From the human T2T-CHM13v2.0 reference genome, Homo sapiens, in NCBI RefSeq assembly GCF_009914755.1, contig NC_060932.1: 64,000 bases of DNA; one strand, 5' to 3'. The notes under the pieces are model-generated. The model had not been told where the DNA came from and ran no database searches. It saw only the letters and a list, made by a program, of their open reading frames with translations. How positions within the stretch are numbered: position 1 is the first letter of the stretch; each line of letters starts with the position of its first letter. The translations under genes and the position numbers were made by a program. Below are positions 16,936-33,240 of this stretch, piece by piece.

Positions 16936-19398
16936 TTCACTCTTGCTGTGTGTGTTTCCTTCATTAATAATGAGTATAAATACTAATAGGAACCTCTGTT
17001 CACTGGGAAAGCTTTTGAAGACAGCTAAAAAGGGGGTGATCAAATTATAAATTCATCAAATTCTAAAAGGTTAACATTTATGAATCTTTTTAACACTTTT
17101 TAAAGGCCTTCACAAGTCCTGAAATAACAAGATCTATGCAGAGGTCTTTGTGCTTCAGTCTTAGTCTGGTTCTACCTGGGGCTTATATCTAGCAGTCAAT
17201 GCTTCCTTATTGTTTTCTGTTTTTCATTTTCATTTTGAGAAAGCATAGGTACATGTGGAAATCTGAGGCCAATTGTGAGAGGTTACTGATTACTTTGATT
17301 ACTTAATCAAAAGAGGAAAACAAATATGAAAGCGTGTTGCTTGGGAGAACTATTTTATAATTGCTACGGAAGTGAAGTCTAAAGTTGTCATATTGCATTT
17401 TAAAATCTAATTCTTCCTCCTAACAACTTTAGTTCCTTTAAAATAGCTAACTCACAGGAATGGTGCAAGATATAATTGAGAGGTAATTAAAATCAAGTTT
17501 TAATGTAAGGTTTTGAAGAAATGATGTTGAATACTAATTTGCTATAGAATATTCTGAGCATTTAAAAGATGCTTAAGAAAGCCAAATGTTTCAAATTTAC
17601 CCTTGATTTGATAATGTCGAAATGGAATACATCAACAAGGAAGATTTTTAAGTAAGGAGTGACAGGGAAACTTCAAAATTAAAATGATTAATAGAAAGAC
17701 AATCATATTAGATGAATATCCAAGCATTTTAGAGTAGAAGTTACATTATTTATTCTTTTTGAAATGATTTTATTACACATCTCCTGGTACAGGGATCATC
17801 AATGTTTATTGTGAGTTCAGTAATCACATTACCTATTGAAGAAAGTCATGGATTAACTGACTCTTAAAGTTATAAAGTTCCCTAAAATCATCCAGTACAA
17901 TAATTCTCCTTACAATACTCCTAGCAGGCAGTAATTTAGCCTTTGTTTAAATTTCCATGTGCAAAGCAGACCAGTCTAATTTAAGGCATTTGTAATTGTT
18001 ACAGAAATTCATTGGATTAAAATTTGTGTCCCTATTACTTAAACCCTTGCAATCAATCTTTTCCTCTTCTGCCACGTTAAGTACAGTCACTTTCCCACTG
18101 ACACAAGAGGCATTACTATGTAATAAACATGAGCTTTGGGTCACTCAGTCCTGAATTAATACGTTCTATGTTCTGTTTGCTAGTGGCATAATGGTTCATT
18201 AATTATTCTGTCTCATATGACTCTGTGGCTATCTTTGATTGAAGTATGTTGTTCTTATTTTGCCACAGTGGAATCATGGCTGTTTTTGCTCAGAGTGGTG
18301 AGCATAGTACTTGGCAAAATGTAGGGTACTCATGTAATGTCTGTCCACAGTAGATGATCAATTGATTCATTATTAGTTCATGGGAATCATTTGAAGTTAT
18401 TTGATGTACAACTTGACTTCAACCTGAAGTCTCTATCTAGAGATATTTGCCATGATATGCAATCCATATTCATTATGAGACAACCTTATTCTTGCCATTT
18501 TCCTAACATGTAATAACCATCTCCTTCTCTCTACCTTCTCAGATACTGTTTTTCTTCAAGGCCCAATTCAAATTCCATTATTTTCTCAGGCCTGTCTTTA
18601 GTGCTGACATTCTTAGAACTCTCCAAATTGATAGCACTTTTCTGGATTGGTTCTCTAATTCTTAATAAGCTAGCTTTTAAAATTTAATATTCTAAGCGCA
18701 TTTGTTTTCTTTCATCTTTCAAGTGAGAGATTTTGTGTGATATAGCATCTTAATCTTTAACACTGGAAGGTCCTGAAATATCATCTTATTTATTAAAGAA
18801 CATTTCAAGAATATTCAATTTAGTTTTCATTTAATTATAAGTAAAGATAGCAACACTAACCACATCTCACCTTAGTGGGCTCAAGCTTGTGCAGCTGAGC
18901 CCCTTCTGATGCCTTTGCAGACTTGTCTAGGTTTATAGAACAGTTGCACCTTTGGGTTTAACAGTTTTTTAGGTCATTGTGGAGGCTGATCATATGGCAT
19001 GATTAGACCAGAACCAAATGAAATCTTGTCATATACAGTGCCATATTGATGGGCAGCCAGTAATTGAGGTGCTGCCTGGAGATAGAGTGAAGTCCTCTCC
19101 AACACTGGTGGTTGGATCACCTGGTTTTGATCCTGAGGATGCAGGTGGTAGGAGGTTTTGGGTGAGTGAATTCCAAGCAGGCAACATGTAAGAACTGAGC
19201 AACTGAAATAGGGACTGTTTCTTGGCCCACAAACTAGACTCTTTCCTAGTAGTAGGCACTTTTCCTTTTTAGGCATCTTCTCTGGAGTGAATTCTGTGGT
19301 TTACATGGCTCCTTGTGGTGAACCCCAATACTTGCTCTCTGCTTCCATTCCCATTCCCTGTCACTTCAATTTTAATATTCTTTTATTATTTTCCCCAG

Positions 19399-19482
19399 TA
19401 GATAATGAAGACCCCAGTGGATTATTATTAGCAAATGAAAACTGGATATCAAGAAGGGCAAAATCTTCAACCTTATCAGCAG
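19399..19482 (+). CDS. Candidate internal coding exon, 84 nt, phase 1-1 (xDNEDPSGLLLANENWISRRAKSSTLSAx); gene not recognised
   Basis: Acceptor TTCTTTTATTATTTTCCCCAG, donor CAG|GTGAGG, length 3n, only one open frame, non-repeat sequence. Confidence 0.45.
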
Positions 19483-20261
19483 GTGAGGGGAAATAATTAC
19501 ACTCTATTATTCTAATGCAGTAGACAGAAGAACAACTAAAGCAATTAAGTTTCCATCTTACAGAAAACTGAATAAGATACTGCCACATTTTTTGATATGC
19601 TTATAAATTTAAAAAATTAAGTTCATGAGTGTTATGTATCTGTTATCTAACTCTATGTATCTATGTATCTCTCTATCATCTACCTATGTATCTAAACTAT
19701 TGTCTTTTAGTATCTACCCTCTGATCATACAACATAAGAGTGTACTATATGTATTTTTGGAATATAATTTTTAGATTATTTTCATTAGCATTAGTAGCTT
19801 CTGCCTGTCAAGGAAACTGGGAATTTTGGCATAGAAAAATATCTTAGAAAGCACTTTATAACTGTTTTACATACATAATCCATATTAGTAGCAACTGTTC
19901 CCAATGGCCATCCAGAATAATTTGGGTCATTTATTTATAATTTCAATGAAACAGACATTATTTTTTAAGAATACAGTCTGTTTAGATCTCCTTGAATCAT
20001 CCTGATTTCCTAAGATTGTATATATGGGATTCAAACAATTTTTTGTTTGAGTTACTTATCTTGAGCATATCTTCAACTTCGAAATATCAGTTGCTGAAGA
20101 CAACACAAACCGTGGTGTTTTGACCTGGTTAATGGTGGTGGCCCCAGACTCACATCTTAAGAAACTGAGAAGACAAACTTTCTGTGATCAGGCCACAGCT
20201 TTCAAACTTTCTCTGGCTTCCATAAAATATTTCTCTATGAACTTCTGGACATAAAGGAAGA

Positions 20262-20472
20262 TACTATATATATTATATATATTACTTACATATAATATTA
20301 TATATTACTTATATATAATATTATATATTACTTATATAATAATACTATTTATATAGTACTATTGGCTATAGTAGTACTAATATAATATATAGTATACTAA
20401 CTATATGCTAATGTTATTTATTATATAATTACATATTATATGATATGTATAATATTTTATATATTATATATT
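20262..20472. repeat. AT-rich low-complexity tandem tract
   Basis: Repeated TATTATATATTACTTA units. Confidence 0.85.
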
Positions 20473-21142
20473 CACTTTGGAATTCAGTCATGGTTGATTA
20501 AAATTGTGTTATTTTATTTGGGATTTAGTTTTCTATTTCTTTTTATATTTTCTTAAGGCTTTCATCAGTGAACATTTTAAAATAAAATTTATATTCAAGC
20601 TTAAGCAAAGATTGATACATACTTAAAAAATTTAAATATTGGATTTGAATGATCTAACCTAATTTTTCTTTTTCCAGAAAGAGTTTATGTAAAAATATAC
20701 CACATAGAATAACTAAAAAAATAAGCAAGTGATACCTTATCTGAGCTCAAAATATCTGTTTCTTTGCAAATGGATAAAGGATTTATTATGTAAGTTTGAT
20801 GGGTTTGGGGGCACAGAACTCAAAAAGGTTTTGTTTTTTTTTTTAATATCAGAAGGCAATACTGTTTCTGAAAACTGTAGGAAAAGGATTTATAATGCCT
20901 TGCCAGAAAGCCTTTTTCCCTGAATGTGCACTTATGTGCTTTGTTGTACAGCAAATCTCCAAGAGTGTCTCTTAATGCTCATTGACATACTAGTTCTCAA
21001 CAGCACAGGCATACTTATCATGTTTTCTGAGTAAAACCTTGGTTTTATAATATATCTGAAACCAAATATATGTCCTCATGATGACTTGCAGTGGCTTATC
21101 TGTAATGATTGCAATTTTTTTCTTGTAAAAAATATCATTTTG

Positions 21143-21443
21143 GGTTGGGTGTGTTGGCTCACGCCTGTAATCCCAGCACTTTGGGAGGCCAAGGTGGGCT
21201 GATCGCCTGAGGTCAGGAGTTTGAGACCAGCCTGGCCAACATAGCAAGACCCTGTCTCTACTAAAAATACAACAATTAGCCGGCATGGTGGTGGGTACCT
21301 GTAATTTCAGCTACTTAGGAGGCTGAGGTAGGAGAATCGCTTGAAACCCAGGCAGCAGAGGTTGCAGTGAGCTGAGATCGCGCCAGTGCACTCCAGCCTG
21401 GGTGACAAAGTGAGACTCCATTTCAAAAACAAAACAAAATAAA
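21143..21443 (+). mobile_element. AluSx-like element
   Basis: Dimeric Alu, CCTGAGGTCAGGAGTTTGAGACCAGCCTGGCC, (AAAAC)n tail. Confidence 0.93.
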
Positions 21444-23018
21444 CCTTATGAATCTTTAATATATTTATGCTACATGTTAGTTCTTGTTTTTGAAGTATAA
21501 TGCATATTTGTGAGCAAATGTATTTTAAAATGCCCTTAGAGTTAGTGGTAAGCTCATTCCCAAAATGCCTATTTGTAAGGTTTGATATAGTCTTTAAAAT
21601 TTGTATCTATAGAAATGTGAGGATAAAAATATATTTTAATACTTTTTTCTTTATTTTTGACCTTTAAAAATTCTCAATGAATAAGCTGATGAGACATAAA
21701 TTAAAGGTTTTGTTGGCATATAGCAATGAATGAACAGATGTGTAACCTAAAATAGGGAGTGACATTGTTGGGTCCATTTAGTCACCATGGAAAAACAGAT
21801 TTACATGTTTAACTTCCCCAAATGGAACAAATTCCTTCTTCTCTCACTGTGACTTTTAATTATCAGATTCCAGCTCCATTTTCACTAACGTTGGGCTCCG
21901 CTTAGGGCATTGTCCCTACAAATGCCTGAGGGGATTGGAAGCTTGGGAGTTATTATAGTCATTGATCAATGTAGTCAAGAGTTTTTCCATAAAAGAGCAG
22001 CTTTTGACTGGTTTCATTACTAAACTTTGTTTCTATGTAGGGAGCAATGCCTTAATCCTTTTCTTTGACTGTCACTTTGAAACACATCAATTGAAAAATA
22101 TTTTTTTGGAGTCCCTCCATGTTATAGAATTTATCTATGTGGATAAGAAGCAGGGAAGGGAATGATGGTATGAGGAAACCCCAAGTTGAAAAGGGTGATT
22201 TTCCTCCTTTTTATGGATCTCACAGGATGGAGGGGAGACAAGGCTAAATGAATAGTTGCCATCCACTGCAATTGATAAGTGCTATAATAGCAACATGCTA
22301 CAAGTGACCTCTGCCTGGGGGAGAGAAGAGAGGATCCACAGGGGGAGTTTTTCCTGGAAAAGTTTTGTATTAATAGTAATTTAAAAGTGAGTCAGAAGCA
22401 AATTGAGTCTGCGAAAGAAGACACAGAATCTTCTACATAGTTTAACAAGAAATGTATTGGCAATAGTTACTAATAATAGGTGTAAAATAATAGATTGGGA
22501 TGTGATCTATTTCTCTTTTTGTAAACTTTACAATATTTCACATATTTAATATGGTGCTTGCCTATCCCTGTGTCTTATGATTTCTGTTTGTTTTCTTTCT
22601 TTTATAGATTATAGCACCTTGAGGACAGAGACTTTATGTTTCTAACTACCCATCCCAGCATCATCTAGTTCATTCCTATGCTGAACAGCCCCTAACACAT
22701 TGCCTAAATAAATACTAACATTATATGTGTGCAATGAAGTATTCTTTTGCTAAAAGCAAAACTTTCATATGGTCTTACAATAAGCCACTTGTAAGACTAG
22801 TTTTAAATAATTACTGATACAAATGCTGCCACTGCCCCCAAAGAAACCTGAATAAAATTATGTTAGGCTGCACTAATTTCAGTGTCAAGCTATTTAACTC
22901 TGCTGATAGTCATTTTTTTAAAGATCTTTTGATCTTTAAATTGAGAGAGTTGAACTAAATAATCTTTTAGATATCTTCTAGTTTAATATTCTAAGATTCT
23001 AGTAAATATATTGTGTTT

Positions 23019-24385
<1,367 letters not shown>

Positions 24386-27095
24386 ATTTGCTTTGTGAAA
24401 TTTAAATTATAGCTTAAAAAATAATGTGAAAATAACACACAGATTTGTATTCTCTGGTGTTTATAAGAAAGAGAAGTGTGAATCATCTTAAAAATGAATG
24501 TCTATAGTGCTTTATGAATTACTTTCACAAAAGTGACTTCATTTCTCATTGATGTAGATATTGTTATTAAGTGTGGCTTTATATGTTAAGTAACTCATAC
24601 AAACTTCCTCTGTAGAAAGCAGACAGGTTTTTTCCTGTCAAACCAATGCTGGTGCCTCAGATGACTAAACCCTAAAGATACTGTAAGTCTGCCTTTACTG
24701 TCAGTGAAAGCTCTTGTTTTCCCTTTCACTTCTTTTTTCTCTTTTCCAAAGTGAATATTCTGCTGTGAAGAATGTTTAGCTCCCATGGTGATTTCTAAAT
24801 GCAGTGTCTGCTGCACTGATGTGGCTGGATGCACACAGGATAGAGGATGCTATCAAGAGCTGATAAAACCCTTTCTAGAAATAGAGAAGAAATATTTATA
24901 AGCTTCTGGGGATATCATCAAGAAATTCTTCCAGGGCAGGGAATTAGGTCATTGGTGAAGAACAGATTTTGCCAAGACACAGTTTACTGCGGGGTGGGGC
25001 ACTGATAACAATATTCTGAAACATTATAAACTCTTTTCCCTAGAAAAGAATTGTATATTTTAACAGATTGCTGGAGCAGATGGAGATATGACATTCACTA
25101 CTATAATTTACATTAACATGCTACAAGACAGATTTGCCTTAATCAAAAAAAGCCTAAACCACTTCAAAGATTCAGAAACAGCTTTTCATCAGTTCATTTC
25201 ATCTCATTGAAACTTGATTTAATTTAGTCAATTTTGAAAAAAAAAGACACACTATAAATGTACACCAGGTACAATGATATACTGTAGCAAAATCCTTTGA
25301 AATGTTTCATCTTCTAAAAATTTAATTCATAAAAATGATGATGTCTTGTTGCCAAATATGTCTGTTTATTTCATGATGATGTTGCCTGCTTACTGAAATA
25401 GAACAGTAAATGATGTATTGCATCTGCTTCAGGAAACAGTAACATTTAAACATCTGTCTAGTATTGTCACATATGTTTACACCTGTACTAATTTTTTTCT
25501 TTAGTCCTGTGTCCTCATTTTAATGGAGTTAAAATGTTTGTTTTGTGTATACTCCATCAATTAAACACAGAACTTTCTATACTTGACTTTGATTATGTAT
25601 GCCTCACCTCCGAAAACCCAATCTAATTCAAGCAAATTATTTGGCCAGCATTAGTAGCCTGTTTAGACCAAAATTAGTTGTTCTATATAATTGTGTTTCT
25701 TATAATACATTCTCAATACATATTAGTTGATTTTGGTTTACTTCTTTTTGATTGGGCATATCACCTAAAGTTTAGCTAAATGAAGTTTCTTGGACTTTAG
25801 AGTTAACGATGGGCTAGGAATACATTTCTCAGTTTAAACTTAGAATATAGTACACACAATGTTTGGGGGGTGTCTCAGAAATATGTAGCTGTTTCATAGT
25901 GTAGTTTTAATTGCTGTTTCACAATGACCTTAAATTAATTTGCACAATAATGAACTCTGGAATTTATTAAGTTGAAATACGAAAATCCATTTGTAGTAGT
26001 TGATTACTATCAAAAGAAAATGTATATCCAAAAGTCACATGCACTTTTATTCTCTATTGCATACAAACTCATTTTTATTCAATCAGTTGAATCTTGTATT
26101 TGCATTATCTTTTTTAAAACAAAGCAAGATTTGTGAACTTTGATGCAAACAATGACAGGTGGTGAGTCAGAATAAGACTAAGTAAATTAGTGTGTCCAAG
26201 TCAATTTCACATATGGTCTGAGCTTTTATGAAGCTGTGCATAGCTCCACGATAATATGTAAAAACTTCTAGCACTTTATATAAGGAAGCTATTAATTATC
26301 ACCAACCAGAGGAAAATGTTTTCATGAAACAAAGAATTAACAAGATGACAAAACTCACAACTCTTTCAAGGACTTGGATAGAAAATGAGGTATGTTCTGA
26401 ATAATCGTTAGGCGATAAGGAAACATGGTTTTCCTGCCTAGAGTCACAGAATATTTCTGTTTAAGAAGTCATATTTTAAATGAGTGAAAGAGAAAAATCC
26501 CTGAAGTATCAATTAGAGTAGCAACATTACTTTTTATGGCATATGCTAATAAACTATCTTTAAGTGCATTTTTTAAGTATAACCAGGACATCAAGGATTG
26601 GAGTCAAACAAAAATCTGTTTTTCTAAGCAGTGGAACCTAGAACATGATCAAAGAAAATATGGAAGGGAAATGATTTGGGGCTTTATAAGGAAATATGGA
26701 CCAGTGTAAGGATGATTAAAGAAAGCTGCAAGGCAGAATCCCCAATTAAATCCTTTAATTTAAAGGAGAAATGTCTGAGTTAATGTTATAATGATTGTGG
26801 TGAGACCCCGCCCCACAGACAGTGAATTAAGAAAGGCTAGAGAAAGGAGAAAAAACAATTTAGTGGTACAACCTGGTGCTTCCATTGGCTAATCCTCTCC
26901 CATCACATTTATTAAGCACAACACAAATTGTAGTCATTATTATTGTTAAATAAAAAGAAGACTTCATATAGGGATTGTATGGATGATTACAGATAAATGG
27001 GTAAAATTTTTGCACCATATGTAATGTGTGTCCGTGTGGGTGTATGGGGTGTATATTGGAAACAGGTGGGTTGGAAAGAAAAATGGGTGGAGGTT

Positions 27096-27465
27096 TGATA
27101 TGGTTTGGCTGTGTCCCTACCCACATCTCATTAACAATTGTAATCGGACCCGTAATCCCTACCTGTGGAGGGAGGGAGATGATTGGATTATGGGGCAGTT
27201 TCCTGCATGCCGTTCTCGTAACAGTAAGTTCTCACGAGATTTGATGGTTTTATAAGACGCCCTTTTTCCTTCGCTTCTTCCTCTCTCTCTTGCAACCTCG
27301 TGAAGAAGGCGTTTGTTTCCCTTTCACCTCGCACCGTGATTGTGAGTTTCCTCAGGTCTCCCTAGCCATGTGCAACTGTGAGTCAATTAAACCTCTTAAA
27401 CCTAATTTTATAAACTACCCAGTCTCTGGTATTTCTTTGTAGCAGCGTGAGAAAGGTCTAATACA
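27096..27465 (+). mobile_element. MaLR solo LTR (THE1D/MSTA-like)
   Basis: TGATATGGTTTGGCTGTGTCCC...GAGTCAATTAAACCTC...CTAATACA; 370 bp; TG...CA ends. Confidence 0.93.
27180..27190 (-). promoter_or_regulatory. DUX4-type motif TAATCCAATCA in the MaLR LTR
   Basis: Plus-strand TGATTGGATTA; its reverse complement fits TAAYYBAATCA. Confidence 0.6.
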
Positions 27466-28669
27466 ATTTAAAGGGTGAGTACCCTGGGGCTCTATCTGCT
27501 ATAATATTTGGGGTAAATGAGAGCTATGGTGGATGTTATATGATAATCATTCTCTTCCCAATGCACAATTCCTCTTTCTGTAAAGAGCCAGAGACTGAAG
27601 ATGCATTTAAGCTGTTGCCTCCTTATTGGCATCTCTGCAATTTCTCCGTTTTTTCATTGACTCTGATGTTGGACATGATAAAAATTTCTTGTGAAATGCT
27701 TACCATTTCTTCTTCTATAGCTGCTTTAATGTTTGGCTAAAGGTAGTTATTTTGTTATCCCCGGAAGAGTAATACATAATTCTGAACTGGGCGTATGTCA
27801 CTTAACCAAGAATTGTTTCCAACTGTCAACTAAATACAAACTGATTTAGGTATACTGCTTCTTTAAAGTGTTTGTCACAGCACATACAATATCTCAATTG
27901 TTATTTATTTTATTGCATAAGTATTCTGAATTTTTAGTTTTTGGTCTGAAACATTTGGTTTAGTCCTTCACTGTCGATTTCTCCTCCAAAGCTGCTAATG
28001 CTAACATTACAATAGTAGGCTATCCAAATGGTGATGGTGATCTATCTATCTGCTTATCACCTACCTATCTAATATTCAATGTGAAGAAATCCACACAAAT
28101 ATCACTATAAATTAATGCATGAGCTGTCCATTATAAAGAATATTAATATTGATTAATAAGAAGGCAACAGTCAAACATCCTGCATTTAACTAGTTTGTAG
28201 GTTTGTGTTCTTGGGAAAATTGCTAACCCTTTGTGGGCTTTGGTTTTAAGAGTGTAAGAAGGTACAAGATAGTAGAATCATGATGATGTGGAAATGGGAA
28301 AAAGATGACTTAAGGAAGGTTTGGTAAACTTGATTGGATAGGATTTAAAGATGTTAGATAAGGAATAGTTCACGGGAGGTGTGTGTTTATGTGTGTGTCT
28401 GTGTATTTCCATGTGAACATGGATAGGGTTGGGATGGAGAGAAGGGTCATGGGAATGGACATAACTATCTTCAAATGTTTGAAAAACTGGTACCTGAATG
28501 AAGGATTAGATTGTTTTTGTAGTAGGAAAAAAAAAACCCAGCTTTTCCCAGTAGGTAGAATTAACAGAGATAACTCGTTGTTGTTGTTGTTGTTCAATAT
28601 AATCACTGACAGACTTATTCTTATCCTAAGATAGAATGTTCAGATATAAGCTGGGCAAGCACTTGAATC

Positions 28670-28900
28670 ATTGATAGTGGGGCACTTGTGAGTATGGACT
28701 TTGGTTTAGACAGACGTCAATTTGAAAACTAGCTCTAATACTCACTAGTTTTATGACTTTTGGCAAATTCCTTAGTAGCTCTCAGGTTTATTTTCCAATT
28801 TTATAACATGAGAGATGACATATATATTAACCACTCGACTTTTTGTGAGATTTAAAAGAGGTAATTACTCAGCAAAGCAAGTACTCAATAAGTTTTTATA
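28670..28900 (+). mobile_element. MIR
   Basis: GCTCTAATACTCACTAGTTTTATGACTTTTGGCAAATTCCTTA; AAGTACTCAATAA. Confidence 0.7.
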
Positions 28901-29169
28901 TTTAGGAATGAGTGACTTAAGGATTGCATGGGAGGGTGTTTGGCTGTCCTGTAGATAAATAAGAATAAAACCCAAATATGGCCGATCTCACCACCCTAAA
29001 GATTCACATCAATATGAAAAAAAGTAATTTAATGCACATTTTTAGATAACTCAAACAATACAAAAAGACATAATATAAAAAATAAGTTTCCCGTCTCTTC
29101 AATTCTTTTACCTATGGTACCCACTAACATGAATCCTCCCAGAAAACTTTTAGGTTTTGCATAGAAAGT

Positions 29170-30162
29170 TTAGGATGCTTTTGGATGCCTTTGGTTGCAA
29201 GCAACAGAAAGCTCAGCTTAAACTGGCTTAAATAATAGTTTACAAATGTATAAAACTAAAATGTTTAGAAGAAGGAGAAGTTTAAGGCAAGGGTTTAAAA
29301 TGAGGGCCCTGGGTCTCAGCTTTTGGGGTTCTCAACTTTCTTCTTCATATATTGGGCCTGTTTTGGGTTTGGCTTCCCTTATGGTTAAAAAAATCAAACA
29401 ACTGTAGCAGCTCCGAATTGTTCAGACAGAGAAAACACCTTTTACAGAGAACTCTAAGCAAAAGTTGTAATATTCACCCTGATTGCTAGAGTCTGTTTTA
29501 GTTCAGATGCCCCTACATGAACTAGTCTCTGTGGCCAGGGGATTGGCATTGCTCATTGGATGATACTAAATTATCTATTGTACCCATGAAGTTGGGGGAC
29601 AACTTAGCTTTTCCAGAACAACATGAGCCCCACATTAACTGGGGACATTTGGAAGGTGGAAAGTAGGATATGGAAGATGGTAAGGTGTTCTAGTTATATA
29701 TTACTACATGCAAAACCGCCCCAAAGTTATGTGGTTTAAAACAATTGCCACTTTATCAGGCTCACTGATTCTGTGTGTCAGGAATCTGGAAAAGTCAAAG
29801 TGAGAATAGCTTTTCTTTCTAATGTCTGCAGTGTCATCTGGGAATATTTAAAAGGCTGGGGGATGAAATCTTTAGAAGGTTTCTTCACTTATGTTTCTGG
29901 AACCTGGGCTGGAGAGAAAGAATTCCAGGGAACGAAGTAGAAGTTTTATGACCTTTTCTGACAGAGTCACAGAAGTCACAGTCCACTTCCATTGCATCAT
30001 TGCAGTGACTTCTGTTGGTCACTAGCAAATCACTAAGGAGCTCAGATTTAAGGGGCAGGGGATTAGACTCCACTTCTTGATGAGAGATGGCAAGGTCACT
30101 TGTCAGAAGAATAAATAGGATGGAAGATAATCATGAAAAGTTTAGGTAATAAATCTGCCACC
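29170..30162 (-). mobile_element. Two adjacent MLT1-family LTRs (junction ~29685)
   Basis: TTTGGTTGCAAGCAACAGAAA; CCCCAAAGTTATGTGGTTTAAAACAA; CAGAAGTCACA...ACTTCC; AATCTGCCACCA. Confidence 0.75.
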
Positions 30163-30164
30163 AG

Positions 30165-31410
<1,246 letters not shown>

Positions 31411-31419
31411 TCTACTACT

Positions 31420-31530
31420 GCTTCATTGATGAGGAAAACATAGCCCAATGAAAATAATTGACTACCTTTAGTTACACAGCTAGTGAGTGGCAGAGCCAGA
31501 AAAAGAACCACACATGTCTAGAGTCTACTA
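31420..31530 (-). mobile_element. MIR fragment
   Basis: GATGAGGAAAAC...GTTACACAGCTAGTGAGTGGCAGAGCCAG. Confidence 0.7.
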
Positions 31531-31535
31531 TTTTC

Positions 31536-31990
31536 ACTAACAGAAAAGACAGAATCCATTTTGGAAAGTTTAAGTGGCAAAGGAATTTATTAATGAAGCT
31601 TGCATAGCTCACAGAATCTCTAGGAGAGCCACAGAGGTGCCATGGAAATTTGGCGGTCATGATTGCCCAATCATACCTTGGGGCTTCTGTAATGATGACA
31701 CCATTGCTATTGCTGCTCTTTGCAGGTGACAAGTGGGGCCGGACACCAGAGGCTCTTTTACTAATGCTCCCAGGAACCAAATGCTTTTGCTATGTCACCA
31801 TCCAGAAGATCAGTTCCCTAAAGTGCAGCCTCTGTCTTACCTTGCTTAATTGCAAATCTAACTGCATATGGTGCATTTGATTGGCAAAACCTAGGCCACA
31901 TGGTAATACATTAGGTGCAAGGGAGCCTGAAAATGCAGAAAGTTGGACTTAAAATATGGGAAAATACCAAAATGCAACAAGGGTGTTAAA
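31536..31990 (-). mobile_element. Old MLT1-family LTR
   Basis: AAAGGAATTTATT...CTCACAGAATC; GATTGGCAAAACCTAGGCCACATG...TGCAAGGGAGCCTGAAAATG. Confidence 0.65.
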
Positions 31991-33105
31991 AGATTTTTGG
32001 CTGTTGCCTTTAGGATGCAGATGAGACAAATAGTCCTCATGATAGACTTTTTGAGCTGAATAACTTGGCTGAGGTTATGCTTTTAGAATTTAGCATGAGG
32101 AGAGTTAATTCACATATGATTTAGTTATTTTTACCCAAAGCTAAATATTTGAAACTTAGATCCAATTTAATACACCCTTGGTAAGCATCTATCATGAAGC
32201 AAGCCCTGTGATGCTGTCCACATTCACTGGAGTTGAAAGAATTCTTTTATATCCTGTAATAAAATTTTCAAGTTATATAGTTTAGTATTCAGGGAGAGGA
32301 TGAGAAAACACAATTGTTCATATTAAAAGCATCTAATTTTGGCAATTTCCTACTGGTCTTTTGAACCAAAGTATATTTACTTGCTGCCATAAAATGATTG
32401 AAAACAGCCATAAAGAGAGAAATTACACATATAAAATGAAATAAAAATGATGAATCTCTTAAAGCAGGCTACCTGTATATTGAATTATTGAATGAAAAAA
32501 AGTACTGATAGTATACATAACACCTTTAAACAATACTTTGTAGAGCTTTGTAGAACTACTGAACACGAAATATTTTTGAGAATTTTTAGCCTCACAGGTC
32601 ATGCTTCAGACATTCAGTTGGCATATGAGGTTTTTTAACCTTATATTTATTACTTTGATTACTTTCATTTGCTACTTTGAGTACTTTTCTGTAAACATGA
32701 ACAGTTCTTAAAGGGCATCACATCCAGGTACATGGAAATAGAAATAGTCTGAATGCGATAAGAAGCTCTAATCACCTTTGGCTTTCCTTAATCTTCATGA
32801 AAAGCTATTTCAGAATTGAATATCTTTTGATTAAAAATGATTCTAATCAACTCTATTACCAACTCTAACATAGAAGTATTTCAAAGTAGATGAAATAAAA
32901 CAAAATAATTCCACATATCTCTTTAATTTCCAGTTGTATATATTTTTATTGGGAAAGTGTACAGATGTGGGTCTGTAATGATCAGGTATACAGCTGGATG
33001 TAGAGGAAGGGGAGGAGGAGAGGAAACAGAATTAAGTCACAACATGTAACTTATAAAAATCACATTCTACCTTTAACATAAAATCATTATCTTAATAAGG
33101 ATTCT

Positions 33106-33240
33106 GGCAGGGTGCAGTGACTCATGCCTACAATCCCAGCTCTTTGGGAGGCCAAAATGGAAAGATTGCTTGAGGTCAGGAGCTTGAGATCAGCCTGGGC
33201 AACAAAGCAAGACCTTGTCTCTAAAAAATAATTTTAAAAA
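33106..33240 (+). mobile_element. FLAM / Alu left monomer
   Basis: Single monomer GGCAGGGTGCAGTGACTCATGCC...GACCTTGTCTCTAAAAA. Confidence 0.88.

Noticed and set aside
24615-24687. Exon-like segment ending in GTAAGT
   Set aside because: Stops in all three frames and a weak acceptor
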